DNA of 64,000 nt from a virus: positions 1 to 64,000 of IMG/VR virus record IMGVR_UViG_3300015263_000597. One strand, 5' to 3'. Positions 60,335 to 64,000 of this stretch are shown piece after piece. Numbering within the stretch: position 1 is the stretch's first letter; the number at the start of each line of letters is the position of its first letter. The notes beneath the pieces were generated by a model. That model saw only the letters and a list, made by a program, of their open reading frames with translations, searched no databases and was not told where the DNA came from. The translations under genes and the position numbers were made by a program.

Positions 60335-60816
60335 AGCTACAATACTTTGTGACCTACGCGCATATGTCTGGTCATGGGAGCATGCTGAAGCAGTTCCAGT
60401 ATGAACAGGATAACGGAATTGTTTTTTGTACCTCAGCACAGTGCAGTAGAGAGAATACGAGGGGGCACTGTGTGCACTGCGGACACGTGACGGACTTTCG
60501 TAAGCCGCGTGTAGGAAACGGACCGCAGGTGCTGCCAGCTTTTTTCACCCACGAGGGCGGAGAGCTAGCAGTGCCGTGGTCCACAGCGCTAAGCATAGTC
60601 GGCTCCTTGGACGTTACTGACGGTGGTGGCAAAGCGTACTGTTTGCGCGAACGCAAAGAAGCACGGCGGCTACTAAAGAGCAGCAAGATGCACAAGGGTG
60701 CTAGGTCGGTTACGCGTTCAATAATTGAGGGTCTCTTGGTAGGAAATATCAAAGGTGCTAAGGATGGCACCAAGTACGCGATGGACAACCCCCGTAAACC
60801 GATTAACGCAAAGTAG
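60313..60816 (+). CDS. tail assembly chaperone T-like frameshift extension, with zinc-ribbon motif
   Basis: -1 frame relative to the upstream gene; CTSAQC..CVHCG. Confidence 0.6.
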   Translation: MAYEDAIELQYFVTYAHMSGHGSMLKQFQYEQDNGIVFCTSAQCSRENTRGHCVHCGHVTDFRKPRVGNGPQVLPAFFTHEGGELAVPWSTALSIVGSLDVTDGGGKAYCLRERKEARRLLKSSKMHKGARSVTRSIIEGLLVGNIKGAKDGTKYAMDNPRKPINAK

Positions 60817-60822
60817 ACGCAC

Positions 60823-63800
60823 GTGGCTGATATCATCACTACATCGGCGCTAAAGTTTGAGGGGTTCACGGAAGCTGAGCGCCAGATAAAGCAGCTTATT
60901 GCGTTAAAGAAGGATTTTGAGAAACCGTCGACTAGTAGGTTGCGGGTAAGCGGCGGGAGAGGCGGCTTAAGCCCATCTGGCACTCCAGATGTGCCAGATA
61001 CTAGAAAGCTTTCTCTATTTGGTAGAGTACTGAAGGATCTGTCTGGTAACACACTACAGAGATTCTCGGCGCGTGCTGGAGTTAGTGTTAGCGCGCTGGA
61101 AGGTATATCCTCTGCTGCTGGCGTCTCGGCGGGCGCATTAACTTCTGTTGCAGCTGTTGTAGGCCCGCTAGTACTGGTGCTTAGCGGCCTAGCAGCTGCT
61201 GTTACTGCAACGGCCGCTGCTTACACATTCGCGGCATCTAAAGCCATAGAGTACCAAGTAGCTACTCAAAGTGTAGCAAAGACTACAGACCTTGTCGGCA
61301 ATGCGTTCGAGTCCACGCGACAGAAGCTCATCGACATGTCTACAGATCCGCAGTTAGGTAGAACTGCGGCAGAGTTAGCAGGGATTACAGAAGTCGCTGG
61401 CACGCTGGGTATACGGGGCGTTGACAATCTAACGATATTTACTGAGGCGATTGCCCGTCTTAATGCTACATCCGATGTAACGGGTAAAGAAGGCACCCAG
61501 CAGTTTGGTAAGTTTCTGGCTATTACTCAGCGGGCGCCCGCTGAAGCTCTGTCACTTTCATCGGCTATTACGGTCCTTGCCGCCAAGTACGCAACTACAG
61601 AATCAGCCATTCTGCGCACTTCCCAAGAAGTAGCTAAAGGCGGTATCTCTTTTAACCTTGCTGCGGAAGACGCGCTAGCACTGGCGGCGACCTATGATGA
61701 GTATGGCATCCAGTCGGAACTTGCAAGGTCGGCAACACTGCGCCTTGGCCAGACTATACAAAGTGCAGTTATTGCCGGTGGCAAAGATCTAGAAAAGCTT
61801 GCGAGTATTGCGGGCGTGTCGGCTGGAGAGATGTCCGATACGTTTCGCAGAGACGCCGGTGACGCCCTCCTGCTGTTGTTAAAGGGTTTCGACAGACTTG
61901 GTAAGCAGGGCCAAGACGTATCTGCGGTGCTTGATGACCTTGGTTTGAGTGGCGTTCGCCTAGGCGCTGTTATACCTACACTAGCCTCACACACAGACCG
62001 CCTTGCTGATGCAATGGCACTTGCTGCTAATGAGAGCAATAACCCGTCGCGGATATTTGCCGAGTCTGCCAACATGGCAGATACTACACAGCGTAGATTC
62101 GAGACACTACGTAACGAAGTAGTTGCATTAGCTATTCGCGTTGGTGATGATTTACTGCCTGCGCTAGATAGCATGATTCTTACTTCGTCACAGATACTGT
62201 CTGTGATTGAGTCTATGAAGGGCGTGTTCGGTGCGCTTGGCGACACAATACTGACGGCTCTAGCTCAGAAGTTTGCGATTGTCGCCAACGAGATACAACT
62301 AGTCGCTGACGTATTTCAGCACGGATTATTCGACGCGCTCGCTGGTGCTGGTGACCTGGACCGCACAGCCCAGCAATTCTCGTCCTTTGCTAACGAATTA
62401 GCAAAAATAGACGAAGCTGCAAAGAGCGGCAATCTAGAGAAGATGATGGAGGTCAATGCCGGTCTCCAGTCAACTATAGGTGAAGCGGCTGCCAGCGCCA
62501 AACGGTATAAGTTTCGTCTGGACGAGCTGTTAAAAGCGACAAACAACGGTGCAGATGCGACGAAGGTACAAAAGGCGCAGATAGACGGACTGCGTAGAGC
62601 TTACCAGTCTGCTAATGCAGACGCTACTAAGTACGAGCGCGCTAGCCTTGGATTACGTGAGGAGATAGCGCGGCTAACAAACGCAAAAAAAGACGAAGAG
62701 TACCAGGCTTCTATTACTGCTGCGCAGGCAGAGAAAGAACGGCAGGCCCGGGAGGAAGCGCGCAAAGAAGCTGAAAAGTACAACAAAGAGCTTGAGAAAC
62801 TAGGTAAGTCTATAACGGATAGTTTGCGCACGCCAGCTGAGAAGGCCGCTGATGAGATAGCCAAACTAGACGAGCTGCTTGCTGCCGGACTCATTACCCT
62901 AGATACTTGGCAACGCGGCGTAGACAGGGCAAAAGAGCCACTAAACAAGCTTACCAAAGAAGTCGAAGCGTACAATAAGGCCATAGCAGACATAGCCCAA
63001 GTGCACCAAGTTACAGAGGTTATACAGACCTTTGGTGTGGATACTGCTACGGCTACAGAGGCCGTAAAGCTCTCCACGGACGCGAACATCGCGCTGGCTG
63101 ACGCGCTTGATATCGTCAACCGGAAACGACTAGAGCTAGAAGCACAGGAGTTTGCGGCTTCTGGCGGGTTCCTTGGTATACCGTCGGACCAGGAAATAGA
63201 GCGCATGTCCAAAGGCATGGATCTTTGGGACATTGGCACCACTCGTATACAGGCGTATAGAAAAGAAGTAGATAAGCTTAACGAGCAGCTAGACAACGAG
63301 GAAATAACTCAACAGCAGTACGACAATGCGATGGCATCGCTAGATGGCCAAATGGAAGGCTGGGAGAAGCTAGGCGCACGTATTGCAGAGATCGCGGAAA
63401 ACACAGGGGGCGTGTGGGGCCGAGTACTCAAAGGAATATCTGAGAATCTGGATAAAGTAGGTGGTGCACTCGGCGACCTGTCTAGCATTGCATCGCAGCG
63501 CGGCGACATGGGCAACGCCCAGTGGATAGGCGCAGCACAGCAAGCTGTACAAGGCAACTGGGGGGGAGCTATAGCGGGTGCTGTGCAAGCTACTGGACTA
63601 GGCCAACAGTCAGTTTCGCAGTTCGGCGGCCTAACTAGTGGCAACTTCATGGCAGAGGGTGCCGCACTAGGCGCGAAGTACGGCGGTGCGATGGGTGCAG
63701 TGCTTGGCGCAGCTATTGGCGCGTTCGCCAAAAAAGGCGCAGACGACTTGCATTCTCACACTGTAGAGATGCAGGGCAAAGCGGATCTCATAGTCACACA

Positions 63801-64000
63801 AGCCGAAGGCGGGTTAGCGGACATAGCTGGTGAGATAGAAACAGCTGTTGAGGGCTATTTAAACGGCTTGCAAGACGCGCTGTTCGCAGATCTTGACCTT
63901 ACTGGCGTAGAGGTACACATACGCGAAGACCGTGTCAGGGTTATATCGAATGGCGTAGAGAAGGTATTCCATAGCCTGGACGAGGCGTTTGATTTCATTG
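60823..64000 (+). CDS. tail tape measure protein (TP901-like), truncated by the window end
   Basis: frame from GTG 60823 (absent from the ORF track, consistent with no stop in the window); Ala-rich helical; VAKTT, AGTLGI, KYATTESAI, RTPAEK motifs. Confidence 0.88.
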   Translation, partial: MADIITTSALKFEGFTEAERQIKQLIALKKDFEKPSTSRLRVSGGRGGLSPSGTPDVPDTRKLSLFGRVLKDLSGNTLQRFSARAGVSVSALEGISSAAGVSAGALTSVAAVVGPLVLVLSGLAAAVTATAAAYTFAASKAIEYQVATQSVAKTTDLVGNAFESTRQKLIDMSTDPQLGRTAAELAGITEVAGTLGIRGVDNLTIFTEAIARLNATSDVTGKEGTQQFGKFLAITQRAPAEALSLSSAITVLAAKYATTESAILRTSQEVAKGGISFNLAAEDALALAATYDEYGIQSELARSATLRLGQTIQSAVIAGGKDLEKLASIAGVSAGEMSDTFRRDAGDALLLLLKGFDRLGKQGQDVSAVLDDLGLSGVRLGAVIPTLASHTDRLADAMALAANESNNPSRIFAESANMADTTQRRFETLRNEVVALAIRVGDDLLPALDSMILTSSQILSVIESMKGVFGALGDTILTALAQKFAIVANEIQLVADVFQHGLFDALAGAGDLDRTAQQFSSFANELAKIDEAAKSGNLEKMMEVNAGLQSTIGEAAASAKRYKFRLDELLKATNNGADATKVQKAQIDGLRRAYQSANADATKYERASLGLREEIARLTNAKKDEEYQASITAAQAEKERQAREEARKEAEKYNKELEKLGKSITDSLRTPAEKAADEIAKLDELLAAGLITLDTWQRGVDRAKEPLNKLTKEVEAYNKAIADIAQVHQVTEVIQTFGVDTATATEAVKLSTDANIALADALDIVNRKRLELEAQEFAASGGFLGIPSDQEIERMSKGMDLWDIGTTRIQAYRKEVDKLNEQLDNEEITQQQYDNAMASLDGQMEGWEKLGARIAEIAENTGGVWGRVLKGISENLDKVGGALGDLSSIASQRGDMGNAQWIGAAQQAVQGNWGGAIAGAVQATGLGQQSVSQFGGLTSGNFMAEGAALGAKYGGAMGAVLGAAIGAFAKKGADDLHSHTVEMQGKADLIVTQAEGGLADIAGEIETAVEGYLNGLQDALFADLDLTGVEVHIREDRVRVISNGVEKVFHSLDEAFDFI

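Noticed and set aside
60372-63731. Long minus-strand ORFs in the ORF track
   Set aside because: They are antisense shadows of the tape measure and chaperone genes; the same applies to shadows over polA, terL, portal, capsid and 26031-26762.

Overview
The window is about 64 kb of a tailed dsDNA (siphovirus-like) phage genome. 0.3-13.5 kb: replication/repair module (UDG-PolA fusion, macrodomain, DinG-like helicase, PD-(D/E)XK nuclease, AAA ATPase, ERCC4-HhH nuclease). 14-47 kb: a large accessory region of mostly small ORFs, including tRNA(CAT), a MazG-like pyrophosphatase, a pyrimidine-dimer glycosylase, a lipase, DUF5675, HNH, a deaminase and a DUF4942-methyltransferase. 47.7-64 kb: morphogenesis (terminase, portal, scaffold, P22-like capsid, neck, tail tube, frameshifted tail chaperone, tape measure running off the end). 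The most striking signals are non-coding. (1) A separately promoted and terminated 115-nt RNA (53302-53416) folds into two tRNA elbows joined through one shared anticodon stem, with no anticodon loop and no CCA; a second structured RNA follows it. (2) A divergent gene cluster (19-29 kb) carries five sigma54 (-24/-12) promoters, four with helically phased triple TCCAA-N4-TTGGA-like boxes upstream. (3) Two type II hammerhead ribozymes sit directly after stop codons in that cluster. (4) A 25-bp-identical element occurs in inverted orientation 25 kb apart. All calls were made by eye from motifs; no database search or folding program was run, so novelty is unverified. Many small hypothetical ORFs are not listed individually.
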